From NCBI GenBank assembly GCA_963771465.1, contig CAVYTU010000015.1:1152001-1216000 (forward strand): a DNA stretch of 64,000 nt, written 5' to 3'. The notes beneath the pieces were generated by a model. That model ran no database searches, was not told where the DNA came from, and saw only the letters and a list, made by a program, of their open reading frames with translations. A program made the translations under genes and the position numbers. Shown in pieces: positions 50,174 through 60,496 of this stretch; position 1 is the first letter of the stretch; every line of letters begins with the position of its first letter. Source of the DNA: an uncultured delta proteobacterium (GTDB lineage Bacteria; Desulfobacterota; Binatia; UBA9968).

Positions 50174-50762
50174 ATGAGCGATGAGAACGTTAACCCCGAC
50201 GCGCCGCTGCACATTCGCGGCTTGAATCATCTAACCATCCCCGTCAAAGATCGTTATTGCGCAGCGCGATTTTACATCGTCGCTCTTGGCGCCGAAGCGC
50301 ATCATGAATCGGCGCCCGATCGAGTGGCAAAAGGTTTGTCGCGCTCGCTGCAACTCGGCATTCGCATGGCCGCGGGCTTTGAAATCGATCTGTTCGAACA
50401 AGATTTCGGCCAACCGGACTGGAATCAGTCCCATCCCCATTTGGCACTCGACACTTCAGCGGAAGATTTGGAAAAATGGACCGAGCATTTCAAGAAATGG
50501 CGGATTCCTTTTGTCGGCCCGGTGACGCGTTCGGGCACCAAAGGCGCGGAAATTTATTTCAACGACCCCGACGGCAATCACCTCGAAGTCCATTGCTCCG
50601 AAGTGCCGCAAGCGCAGCGCGGCAAATACCCCGTCGGTCCCTACGACAAGAGCCTGTGCGTGCACAAACAAGCATGGCCGCCGCAAGAATTGGCGGATGA
50701 TGCCGAGCGGCTATTTCAAGCGTCGCTGACAACGCATGCGCGCCCGGCGAAAACCGCACTAA
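50174..50762 (+). CDS. VOC family protein (H/H/E triad); probable +1 frameshift near 50731
   Basis: 'LNHLTIPV', 'HPHLAL', 'IYFNDPDGNHLEV'. Removing one A gives the ending 'LTRMRARRKPH*'. Confidence 0.8.
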
Positions 50763-50794
50763 ACGGCATGCCGCGATCAACCCGAAACACATGA

Positions 50795-50877
50795 TTCACC
50801 ACGAAGGACACGAAGAGCACGAAGTTCGGAGTAATAATTTTTCGAACCTTCGTGTCCTTCGTGATCTTCGTGGTGAA
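50795..50877. repeat. 9-mer (CACGAAGnn) inverted tandem repeat, family B copy 2
   Basis: ttcac-cacgaagga-cacgaagag-cacgaag ... cttcgtgtc-cttcgtgat-cttcgtg-gtgaa. Confidence 0.85.
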
Positions 50878-50910
50878 AAGAATTTTCGTGCCTTAAACGA
50901 AAGAATAAAA

Positions 50911-52136
50911 ATGGCTGAACTGTACCCATATCCTCGTTTCTCCCTCGCTGAGCGCGACCGGCGCTGGAAAGCCGTACGCGCGAAAATGGCCGAGCAGCAT
51001 ATCGACGTCATCGTCACGCCGCAAAACACCGGCCACTCGATGGACTTTCAAGCCAACACCCGCTACTTGACCCACTGCGGCGGCGGCGGCGACGCCGATA
51101 TCGCCGCGGTGTTTCCGCTGACGGCGACGTCACGGCCATCGCGACATCGGCAAATCCGCGTTGGACGACGACGCAAGATTGGACTACCGACGTGCGCGAG
51201 GCGCGGCGCGAACTACGGTGCGAAAGTATCGTCGAGCGCTTAAAAGAATTGAATATCGAGCGCGGCCGCATCGGCATCGCCGGCCTCGGCGAAGTCGAAG
51301 GCACGCGCACGCCGGAAGGCACGATTCTTCACGGCACCTACGAAAAAATCCGCGACAGCCTTTCCCCAAGCCGAGATCGTCGACGCCACGCCGATCTTAA
51401 CCGAAGTCCGTTACATCAAGAGCCAGGAAGAAATCGAGGTTTTGACCAAATCGATGGAGATCGTCGAGCTCGCCTATCAAGCCGAGATCGAAACGGCGCG
51501 ACGCCGGGGTCAGAGATTGGGACGTTTGGGCCGCCACGCAGTACGCGCTCATGCGCAACGGCTCGGAGATGCCGGTGCACTGCAATTGGATCTCCGGAAA
51601 AAACGTCCGGCGCACTTTGACCCGTCCGAGCATGCGCATCTTAGAGCGCGGCGATTTGATCATTAATGAAGTCGAAGCTTCATGGATCGGTTATCGCTCC
51701 CAAGGTGTGCAGCCGGTTTTCGTCGGCATCGCCGATCCGGTGCATCAGGAATTGATCAAAGTGCAACGCGAGATTTTCAATCGCGTCATGGAGAATTTGA
51801 AACCGGGCGTATCCGTGAAGGAGCTCGCTGAGCTGACAATTAAAACCGGCGAAGCCACCGCGCCAAAAAGCGGACCGGCCGCCGGCGCGCGCGGCGATTT
51901 GAATATGCACGGCCGCGGCGCCGGCGACGACGGCCCGATCATCACGCGCGCACGCCAAAAGCCCGCGCCAGCTCGCCAGTCACACTGCAAGAAAACATGG
52001 TGTTCATCTGCAAGCCATCGGCCATCTCCGCCGACGGCCAATCGCTCAGCACCTGGGGCGACACCATCGTCATCACGCCAAAGGCGGCCAACGGCTCGGC
52101 AAACGGCCCCATGATCTAGCGGTGTCGGCGGGATAA
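50911..52136 (+). pseudogene. Second M24-fold paralog broken by about 7 or more single-base indels (assembly errors or decay)
   Basis: Fragments across frames: 'MAELYPYPRFSLAERDRRW', 'RYIKSQEEI', 'GDLIINEVEASWIGYRSQ', 'MHGRGAGDDGP', 'VFICKPS', 'TWGDTIVI', 'RLGKRPHDLAVS'. Confidence 0.75.
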
Positions 52137-52227
52137 AACCGCAGCCCGCGTAGAAACGGTCCGGAATTTCCATCGATATTTCCTTACGGTCAATAAACAA
52201 TTCCGCAGCGCTGCGAGGTTCGAACTC

Positions 52228-52313
52228 GGCGATGAGATTGTCACCGCTCACTCTCGATGTCTTCGTAGCGGACAGCCGGATTGCGCTTGCATGCGGAATG
52301 ACGGACTTCGGAT
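52228..52313. repeat. REP-like element, degenerate copy 2
   Basis: Shares 'gcgatgagatt', 'gtcaccgc' and 'catgcggaatgacggacttc' with 38106-38224. Confidence 0.55.
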
Positions 52314-53865
52314 GGCGTTAACTTTACGCAAGCTGGGAACACAACATTGTTTTCCCAGTTGCAGCATCGACATTCGTAGCACATTCGATTCAGCGAATGA
52401 AATCGCCGTCATCGCCCACGCAAACCAATCGCCGAAGCGAACGTAGTAAGTCTCCTCGTTCAAAATATCGACATCGGTCTGCAATCGTTGCCGGCGTGAA
52501 CATCGGCAGCGTCTTGACGACCTCGCCTCGAGCATTGACCAACGAAGTCACGCCCGTGTTGGTGACCCGGAGCAAACTGCGCCGGGTTTCGATGGCGCGT
52601 GATTGCGCCAGGCGCAGGTGCTGCCATGGGCCAACGGATTTTCCGTACCAAGCGTCGTTGGTGAGATTGACCAGAACGTTGGCGCGAGTTTCTTTAACGA
52701 ATTCGCGCGCAAGATGCGGCATCAGATCCTCGTAGCAGATCAGCGGCGCGACCCGCACGCCGCGTCCTAAATGAAACGCCACCGGCCCGGCGCCGGCGGT
52801 AAACCCGTCAGCAAACGGCATGGCGGGCAACAACGAGAGAATTTTCGCGAAGGGCAGATATTCACCGAAAGCCAACAGCACCTGCTTGTGATAGCGCGCC
52901 AGAATTCTTCCGTTGGCGTCCGTCAAAAACGCGGTGTTAAATGCCTTGATGTCCGAGCGCCCCGGCCTGCCGCGCACGCTCTTAGCGCCAAATATGAACG
53001 AAGCCCGGTCGGCTTTAAAACTTGGCATCAGCTCCTTCGGCAACACCTGAAGGGTTTCAGGCACGATCACTTCCATCGCCGACTCTGGCCAGATCACCAG
53101 CGGCACAGCGGCTAATTCATCGGTGAGCCTGCGGTGCTGGTCGAGATTTTTTTGCGCCAAAACGGGATTCCACTTCATGTCGATATCGACATTGCCCTGC
53201 ACCACGCCCACCGATAATTTGCGCGCGTCAGCCAATTCCGCGTCGACAACTTGCAGCCGTTGGTAGCCATAGACGAGCGAAACGACTAGAGCCAACACTG
53301 CGTACGCCAGCGGCATCCAGGTAGCGTACCGCTCTCGCTTGGGCGCGAAGAGAGCGTGATAAATCGCCGCGTTCAACCACATGATGATGAAACCGGCGCC
53401 GTACGGCCCGACCAAGTCGGCGCTCTGTATCAACCATAGAAAAGACACCTGAGAGTTGGCGATATACCAGGGAAACAAGAGCGGAAATAAAAACTCCAAG
53501 GGCACCCAAAACAGCGCCGGGAAAATCGCCAGCGGGCCAAAGCCGACGGCGCGCACGAGCAACGCGAAGAGCGCCATCTGGATCGCCTGCAATGCGGCGT
53601 AAGCGATGAATACAATCACGCTCACCGGATAGGGAAAACCGCCGAAGGCACTGATGGTATAAACCAGCCAGTGGAAACCGATCACATGCGCCGCCAAACC
53701 CATGAGCCAACCGTAGAATACCGCGCGGCGCAAATTTTCTGCCCGCTGGACACCCCAAAACAGCGGCACGAACGCAAACCATGCGAGCGGGAATAGCGCT
53801 GGTGACAAATAAGGAGCCGCTAGTAAGACAGCCGAAACGAGGGCAGCGAAAAAATTACTTGACAT
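52248..53865 (-). CDS. lnt: Apolipoprotein N-acyltransferase; +1 frameshift near 52483, exact 3' end uncertain
   Basis: N-terminal TM helices; nitrilase triad motifs 'VIWPES', 'YHKQVLLAFGEY', 'LICYED'; 'TNDAWY', 'RAIETRR..RVTNTG'. 'TYYVRFGDWF' is in the shifted frame. Confidence 0.9.
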
Positions 53866-54109
53866 AGAAAATAATTAAATATAAACGAGTTCTCGTCGAG
53901 ACTTGGCCGGCGAAATCTTCGCAGGCGAAGTGAGCTCTCGCTCTTTTTGCATCGCGAGCCTGAGTCTAAATTCTCCCCTGAACTCGACGGTTCGCTCCGA
54001 ACTTCAGGACGAAACGTTAACTGGTTATCGAGCCGCCAACAAAAAAGAATTTCATCAGAATTAGCACGAACCCGATGTAATGATAACTCAGCGCTCACCG
54101 GAGGAGTCC

Positions 54110-55831
54110 ATGGCATCAAACTACCGCAGGGTTGTTTTGGGTATCGCAGTAATCATTTTGGTTACTGCGCTCGTGGGTCATGCCCCGGCTGCGGAAGAGC
54201 CGATCGTTGACAGTGAGTGGGGAAGTTTTCTCAAAGATAAAGTCTCTTTCAACGGCTTCGTTGAAAATACCACTGGACTCTCGATCAGCCACGGCAGCCG
54301 GTTCTTCAATACGTCGAATCGTTTCATCATGAACCGGACGACCTTTCAGCCTGAGTTCAATGTAGAGGCTGCCGATTGGGCGAAGTTTTTCATCTCCTGG
54401 CGGTTTGTCAAAGAACCCCGCTACAACGCCGAAGCCAAAAGCCGTCGGGTGGCGGTCAACCCCAAACCGGTGCAACCTCTCGGCAACACGTATTACGACG
54501 AATACAGCCCCAAACCGTGGGAGGCAGTTCTCGATCTCAAACCGTCCGACAGCCTGAAAATTAGATTGGGCAGGCAATTCATTTCCTGGGGGGAAACCGA
54601 CGGGCTGAGGCTCCTGGACGTGATCAATCCGCAGGATGGGACGTTTGCGCCGTCACTAGCGCCGAATTTATTCGACCTCGACGAAACGAGAATTCCTTCT
54701 TGGGGCGTTAGGCTGACCTACACGATTCGCCCGGTAAGCAATACCAATCTCGAGTTGGTCGCTCTTCCCGGCTACTGGGACGAGCCAAAACAACGCGTCG
54801 ACGAAATTCTCGGCAGCAACGACATCCGTAGCGAAAAAGTGCGCTACGGCCGATGGTCGTCATACCCTGAAACGCGCATGCCTGCCGCTCTCGGCGGCAT
54901 CGGCCGCTTTTATGGAAATCCCTCGGGTCCGGTGCCGGTGGTCATTCCCCAGGTTTCCAGAGAGCTACCGGACGCCGGAGACAGTTGGAAAATCGGTGCA
55001 AGATTCACCCATACCATCGGCGCGTTGAATTTTGGACTCGGTTATATCTGGGGCTTCAATCCGCAGGCTGGCGACATGGTGTTCAAGTTAAAGGGCAAAG
55101 GCTGCCTGCCACCGGCCACCGGTCCACAGTGCCGCATCGGCGGCGTTGCCGCGCCGCTTCCGACCACGGTGAACATTGCGCTGGTAAACGACCGCACCAG
55201 TATTTTCGCCGGCCATTTCAATTACACGGTAAACGACCTTGCTGGCGTACCCGTTAACACCGCGATCCGCGGCGAGGTCGCTTTCTATCCCTCCGAACCT
55301 TATAACATCTCGGAATTCCCCGGCCGCAATTGTGCCACCGGCGCGCTAACCGGTCTGATCGCCGGACCGCGCTGCAAACGCGGCGTCGAAGACTCGGACG
55401 CCGTGGTGGAAAAGAATACGCTGCGCTACGCGCTGGGCTTTGACCGCACGACCTTGATACCGTTTTTGCAGGAAGATCCGTGGCGGCCATTTCGCTTTTC
55501 CTTCCAGTTTTTTCAGCGCGCCATCTTCGCTCACGAAGACGGCATCCGGGTGTTTTCGACGGCCAACAAGATCGCCAAGATTACCACGGTGCTCACCTTG
55601 CGCGGCTCCACCGGCTATTTTGGCGACACCATTCTTCCCGACGTATTTCTCGCGTACGACCCGCAAGGCTATTGGGCGGCAAACCCAGCGGTTACCTATG
55701 CACCGTCGTGGAACGAACGGCTTAAGTTCACTCTGACCGCAGCCATTTATGGCGGCAAGGATAAGTTCAGCTTTCCCGGATCGCTTTCGGAAAAGGATTC
55801 GGTGTTCTTAAAAATGCGCTATCAGTTCTAA
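54110..55831 (+). CDS. DUF1302-family outer-membrane beta-barrel (AupA-like)
   Basis: Signal peptide; 'RLGRQFISWGETDGLRLLDVINPQD', 'RIP', C-terminal 'KDSVFLKMRYQF'; first gene of the DUF1329-YCF48-RND operon. Confidence 0.75.
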   Translation: MASNYRRVVLGIAVIILVTALVGHAPAAEEPIVDSEWGSFLKDKVSFNGFVENTTGLSISHGSRFFNTSNRFIMNRTTFQPEFNVEAADWAKFFISWRFVKEPRYNAEAKSRRVAVNPKPVQPLGNTYYDEYSPKPWEAVLDLKPSDSLKIRLGRQFISWGETDGLRLLDVINPQDGTFAPSLAPNLFDLDETRIPSWGVRLTYTIRPVSNTNLELVALPGYWDEPKQRVDEILGSNDIRSEKVRYGRWSSYPETRMPAALGGIGRFYGNPSGPVPVVIPQVSRELPDAGDSWKIGARFTHTIGALNFGLGYIWGFNPQAGDMVFKLKGKGCLPPATGPQCRIGGVAAPLPTTVNIALVNDRTSIFAGHFNYTVNDLAGVPVNTAIRGEVAFYPSEPYNISEFPGRNCATGALTGLIAGPRCKRGVEDSDAVVEKNTLRYALGFDRTTLIPFLQEDPWRPFRFSFQFFQRAIFAHEDGIRVFSTANKIAKITTVLTLRGSTGYFGDTILPDVFLAYDPQGYWAANPAVTYAPSWNERLKFTLTAAIYGGKDKFSFPGSLSEKDSVFLKMRYQF

Positions 55832-55852
55832 CTCTTGCAGGAGAATTACGAA

Positions 55853-57076
55853 ATGAGAATCCCGCGAATAGTCTTCGCCGCCATCCTAATTATCTTTGTG
55901 GCGTTATCGCTGCCATCGTCCAGCCCTGCGGCGGATACGGAGCTCAAATCCGGCGACACCATCGGACCGAATAACTGGCAGCGGATTCAAGGCATGGTCG
56001 GCGACAATTTTTTGAATCGGATCAAAGCCGGCCACTCCTTGCAGATCAAACCGGCCAAGACCTATCGCCATATAAAGGAATACACCGAAGCCACCGATAA
56101 ATACGCCGCCAAAGTTCGCCTCGGCGCCAACGGTGAACTGGTTGGCTACGTCGCCGGGCAGCCTTTTCCAAAATTCGAAACGAGCGATCCGCAGATCGGC
56201 CAAAAGCTCGCTTGGAATTTTTTCTGGCGCTGGCTGGGTGACGATTACAAGACGGGTGGCGCGGTCAAAGGCGGCAAGATAATCCGTTCGGTCATCGAAA
56301 AAGGTGGCGCGGAACGGCGCGCCGATCTAGTTTCCTACTTTCTCTTTCCACGCACCCGTTACAATTCGGATCCTAAACCGGTGATTCCAGGCTACGAGCA
56401 TATCGATTACATGCAGCTCCGTATCGACAGTTATCCGCGCGACGCCGCGGGCACGACGACCTTGGAGATCCGTTACGCCGATCCCAATCGTGCCGACGAT
56501 TTGTATATTTACATTCCGAGCATTCGCCGCATCCGCCGCGCGACCACGACACAACGCTGCCAGACGCTGGCGCCGAGTGAGTTCAATCTCGACGATATCA
56601 ACAGCTTCAACGGTAAGATCACCGACTTCAACTACAAACTTCTTGGCGAAAAAAAGATGCTGGCGAATTTGAGCCAAGAACATCTGCCCTTCAATCGGAA
56701 GCCAGGCGACTATTTGCCCCTCGATGAGAAGTGGGAAGTCGTCGACACCTACGTGCTCGAGGTCACGCCCAAGGACCCGAACTATTGCTATCCGAGAAAG
56801 CTGCTGCATCTGAACAAGGTGACCTTCGACACCCATTGGACTTTGATCTGGGATAAGCGCGGCGATTACTGGAAAGAACAGTTCGGCATGTTCACGCCGG
56901 TTAAACTGTCCGATGGCCGGGAAGTTTGGTCGGTCGGAGACGTGACCATTCTTAATGTCCAAAACGGCCGTTCGACAATCGTGACTTCGACGCGCGCATA
57001 CAACAAGGGCTATCCAGCCAGCATGTTCAGTTTAGCAACGTTGGAAAGCATTATGCGCGGCGGATCCATCGAGTAA
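55853..57076 (+). CDS. DUF1329-family periplasmic protein (LolA-like fold predicted)
   Basis: 'GDTIGPNN', 'YVAGQPFP...DPQIGQKLAWN', 'YIPSIRRIRR', 'WEVVDTYVLE..PKDPNYCY'. Confidence 0.82.
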   Translation: MRIPRIVFAAILIIFVALSLPSSSPAADTELKSGDTIGPNNWQRIQGMVGDNFLNRIKAGHSLQIKPAKTYRHIKEYTEATDKYAAKVRLGANGELVGYVAGQPFPKFETSDPQIGQKLAWNFFWRWLGDDYKTGGAVKGGKIIRSVIEKGGAERRADLVSYFLFPRTRYNSDPKPVIPGYEHIDYMQLRIDSYPRDAAGTTTLEIRYADPNRADDLYIYIPSIRRIRRATTTQRCQTLAPSEFNLDDINSFNGKITDFNYKLLGEKKMLANLSQEHLPFNRKPGDYLPLDEKWEVVDTYVLEVTPKDPNYCYPRKLLHLNKVTFDTHWTLIWDKRGDYWKEQFGMFTPVKLSDGREVWSVGDVTILNVQNGRSTIVTSTRAYNKGYPASMFSLATLESIMRGGSIE

Positions 57077-57092
57077 TTGCGATCGCCGCTCA

Positions 57093-58169
57093 ATGCGAGC
57101 GCGTCTCACGTCGGTCATCTCTGAGCCAGTTTTCATGCGCGCCATTATCGCATTGTTCGCCGGGCTGGTTTTTGAACTTATCTGCCTGGTTTCTCAATCT
57201 CACGCCGGCACCGTTCTCAAAGAAACTGCGTTCAACGAGAATTTCTATAGCGTTCACATCGTCGATGATCGCGCCTGGATCGTTGGCTATTACGGCGCGA
57301 TCTTGCACTCGCCGGATCGCGGCGTGACTTGGCAAATCCAGCCGAGCCCCACACGGAACGCCTTATTCAGCGTCGAATTTATCACTCGTGACAAAGGCTG
57401 GATCGCCGGCAGTTACGGCACGATTCTCCACACCCTCGACGGCGGCAAGAACTGGCGACCCCAATCAAGCGGCACGACCGAACATCTGTTTGGCCTGGCA
57501 ATCGCCGATGAGAACTACGGCTGGGCCGTGGGCAGCCGCGGCACCACTTTGCGCACGGAGAACGGCGGCCGGTCATGGTCGAGTACGTTAGTACCGGGAG
57601 ATTTTACTTTCAGCGGCGTCGCCTTCACCGATCGATCCCACGGTTGGATCGTCGGCGAGTTCGGCGTTATTTTTCAAACGATCGATGGCGGCAAGACTTG
57701 GCTCAAACAAAAAAGTCCCATTGAAGTCTCCTTCGCTAGTGGCGAAAGCCGGAATCTTTTTGCGCTGCAACTTAACGGCGTGAATTCCGGCTATGCCTTT
57801 GGACTCGACGGCCTGGTGCTGAAAATTCGCGCTGGCAAGGCGTGGGACGTCGTCCGCCAACCAAGCGCTATGGATAAATTGGCGGAAGCCAATCATCTAT
57901 TCGCCGCCGCCACGTCGCAGGACCAAATCTGGGCCGTGGGTGAGCGCGGCACCTTGCTGCGATCGGATTCTGACGGCAAGCACTGGCAGCAGGCCCAAGG
58001 CGAAATACCGCGTACCAGTTTGAACGGCGTCGCCTTTGGCAAGACTGGCTTTGGCTTAGTCGTCGGCAACCGTGGCGTGGTTCTGCGCACCGAGGATGGC
58101 GGCGCGTCTTGGCAAAGACTTAAGATCAACAGTCAATCTCCAGCCAAGGATTTGGGCCGCGTCCCATGA
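57093..58169 (+). CDS. YCF48/BNR-repeat beta-propeller
   Basis: Repeated 'GWxVG.xG.ILxTxDGGxxW' units. Confidence 0.85.
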   Translation: MRARLTSVISEPVFMRAIIALFAGLVFELICLVSQSHAGTVLKETAFNENFYSVHIVDDRAWIVGYYGAILHSPDRGVTWQIQPSPTRNALFSVEFITRDKGWIAGSYGTILHTLDGGKNWRPQSSGTTEHLFGLAIADENYGWAVGSRGTTLRTENGGRSWSSTLVPGDFTFSGVAFTDRSHGWIVGEFGVIFQTIDGGKTWLKQKSPIEVSFASGESRNLFALQLNGVNSGYAFGLDGLVLKIRAGKAWDVVRQPSAMDKLAEANHLFAAATSQDQIWAVGERGTLLRSDSDGKHWQQAQGEIPRTSLNGVAFGKTGFGLVVGNRGVVLRTEDGGASWQRLKINSQSPAKDLGRVP

Positions 58170-60496
58170 GGCCGCTGGCACTCTGGGTCGTCAGGAAACG
58201 CGTCTTTATCCTCGCCGTTATAATACTGCTGACGCTCCTATTCTCCTATCTCGCGCTCAGGGCCGAAATCTACACCGCGTTCGCCGACCTCTTGCCAAAG
58301 AATCATCCTTACATTCAAGTTCATAATCGCTTCTGGGAAACCTTCGGCGGCGCCAACGTCGTGCTGCTTTCGGTGGAAGTCACGGACGGCGACATATTCA
58401 ACGTGACGGTGTTGGAGAAGATCAAGAAACTTACTGAAATCATCGAGCGCACGCCTGGGGTGAATAACTATCAAATCTTTTCATTGGCACGCCAGAAGGT
58501 CAAAGACGTGCGCGCCACGGCCTGGGGCATCGAGGTGCAACCGGTCATGTGGCCCAACGTGCCGCGTAATGGAGAGGAAATCGAACGGCTACGTAATATC
58601 GTCTACGCCAATCCCACCATCGTCGGTCGCCTGGTTTCCGAAGACGGCAAGGCAGCGTTGATTAGCGCCGCATTCCACGAGGAGCGGCTCAATTACGCCG
58701 CGCTGTTTGACCGCGTTCAACGGGCGATCAAAGAGTTAGAAGATCCCAAGACTCGCATATTCGCCGCCGGCGAACCGATTCTTTACGGTTGGATTTACCA
58801 TCATCTAGGCGCCATCGGTTTAATCATCGCGCTGACTTGTTTAAGTATTGCGGCGGTATTGATCCTTTACTACCGCAATTTGAACGGCGTCTTGATCCCG
58901 ATCATTTCCGCCCTGGTGACGTTTATTTGGGGTACCGGGTTTACCGCGCTACTCGGTTACAATTTCGAGCCGCTGATCCTTGTCGTGCCGTTTTTGATCG
59001 CGGCGCGCACGGTCAGCCATTCGATCCAGTTTCGCGAAAGATTCTTCGAGGAGCTCGACCGCTACGGCGACAAAGAAAAAGCGGCTATCGAAGCCGCTGC
59101 CGGCTTGATGATGCCGAGCGGCGTATCCATCGTAACCGACGCCATCGGCTTAACCGTGCTTCTCGTCGCGCCGATGCCGATTCTGACCAAGTTGGCGATT
59201 TCCGGAAGTTTCTGGGTGCTCAGTAATTTAGTTACCGTGGTGATTCTCGATCCGATTCTTTGCTGCTATTTCCCGACGCCGCGTCGACTGGTTCAAGGCG
59301 GAGAAGGCCACTGGCTCGACCGGCCGCTGCGCTCCGTGGGAAACTTTTGTGTGCATCGACTAGGACGCATGGTCGTGGTGGCTGGCTTTGCCGCGGTGGC
59401 GCTTTGGAGTTCGTATTGGTATCAGTTCCTCACCGTTGGCGATTCGCGTCCGGGCTCGACGCTGCTTTGGCCCGACTCCGAATACAATCAATCCGTGCGC
59501 CACATCAATGAAAAGTTTCACGGCACGGATCATCTCTACGTGATCGTCGAAGGCCAAATCGAGAGCACCATGAAATCGCCCAAGGTGCTGGAGACTATCG
59601 AAGCGTTTCAACGCCACATGCTCCGTTCGCCGCATGTCGGCGGCAGCGATTCCCTGGTGGATCTTACGCGTCAGATCAATACGGTCTTACATTACAACGA
59701 CCCGCGTTGGGGTCTGTTACCGCGCTCGGGGGAAGACGTTGGCGGCATCGTCATGGTCGCGGAACACGGCAGCGAACCGGGAGATTTCGACCGCTGGGTC
59801 AATTACAATTTTCAGCATGGACGGGTGACGTTTTATCTCTACGACCATAAAGGCGACACGCTGCGCGCGGTCATCGAGCGCGCCACGGAATTTATTAAAG
59901 ACAATCCACTCGACGGCGCCGAGCTCAAGCTCGCCAGCGGCTACGCGGGAGTGTTGGCGGCCGCCAACGAAGTCATCGCGCGCTCTGATAAACTTACCCT
60001 CGGCCTGATGCTGGTCGCCCAGTTGGTGTTTTGCGCCTTGGGCTTTGGCTCTCTAGCCGCCGGCTTGCTGTTCGTCGGCGTCGTATTGCTGTCAAATACA
60101 TTTGGCATGGCGCTGATGGCCTACTGGGGCGTGGGACTGAACGTGAATACCTTGCCGGTCATCAGCTTAGGAATCGGTTTCGGTGAAGACTATGGGATTT
60201 ACATAGTCTCGCGTGCCATCGAAGAGTATCAACGCCAAGGCGGCCGCGACCTAAATCGCGCTTTGGTCGACGGCGTTACTACGGCAGGGAAGGCGGTATT
60301 ATTTACCGCGTTTCTGATTTCCGCCGGCATCGCGCTATGGTCATTCTCACCGCTGCGATTTCAGGCTGAAATGGGTTGGCAGTTATTGATTATTTTATCC
60401 ATGAACATGCTCGGCGGTTTGTTTTTACTGCCCGCGCTGATCGCTCTGTTAAAGCCTAAATTTATCGTCGGAGCAGCCCATGAGCAAAACAAATAA
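58166..60496 (+). CDS. RND/MMPL-family inner-membrane transporter
   Basis: Two TM-periplasmic-5TM repeats; 'FGGANVV', 'ARTVSHSIQF', 'TDAIG', 'GIGFGEDYGIY', 'TAGKAVLFT'. Confidence 0.9.
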   Translation: MRPLALWVVRKRVFILAVIILLTLLFSYLALRAEIYTAFADLLPKNHPYIQVHNRFWETFGGANVVLLSVEVTDGDIFNVTVLEKIKKLTEIIERTPGVNNYQIFSLARQKVKDVRATAWGIEVQPVMWPNVPRNGEEIERLRNIVYANPTIVGRLVSEDGKAALISAAFHEERLNYAALFDRVQRAIKELEDPKTRIFAAGEPILYGWIYHHLGAIGLIIALTCLSIAAVLILYYRNLNGVLIPIISALVTFIWGTGFTALLGYNFEPLILVVPFLIAARTVSHSIQFRERFFEELDRYGDKEKAAIEAAAGLMMPSGVSIVTDAIGLTVLLVAPMPILTKLAISGSFWVLSNLVTVVILDPILCCYFPTPRRLVQGGEGHWLDRPLRSVGNFCVHRLGRMVVVAGFAAVALWSSYWYQFLTVGDSRPGSTLLWPDSEYNQSVRHINEKFHGTDHLYVIVEGQIESTMKSPKVLETIEAFQRHMLRSPHVGGSDSLVDLTRQINTVLHYNDPRWGLLPRSGEDVGGIVMVAEHGSEPGDFDRWVNYNFQHGRVTFYLYDHKGDTLRAVIERATEFIKDNPLDGAELKLASGYAGVLAAANEVIARSDKLTLGLMLVAQLVFCALGFGSLAAGLLFVGVVLLSNTFGMALMAYWGVGLNVNTLPVISLGIGFGEDYGIYIVSRAIEEYQRQGGRDLNRALVDGVTTAGKAVLFTAFLISAGIALWSFSPLRFQAEMGWQLLIILSMNMLGGLFLLPALIALLKPKFIVGAAHEQNK

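Noticed and set aside
43847-50877. CRISPR array from the CACGAAG repeats
   Set aside because: Units are 8-9 nt, tandem and inverted, with no unique spacers and no cas genes.
50791-50910. N-terminal extension 'MIHHEGHEEHEV' of the second M24 gene as a His-rich metal tag
   Set aside because: It is the translation of the CACGAAG repeat; the likely start is the ATG at 50911.
8840-52490. Programmed ribosomal frameshifting or phase variation
   Set aside because: The shifts go in both directions, occur in unrelated genes, and lack slippery heptamers or long SSR tracts. Sequencing error is more parsimonious.
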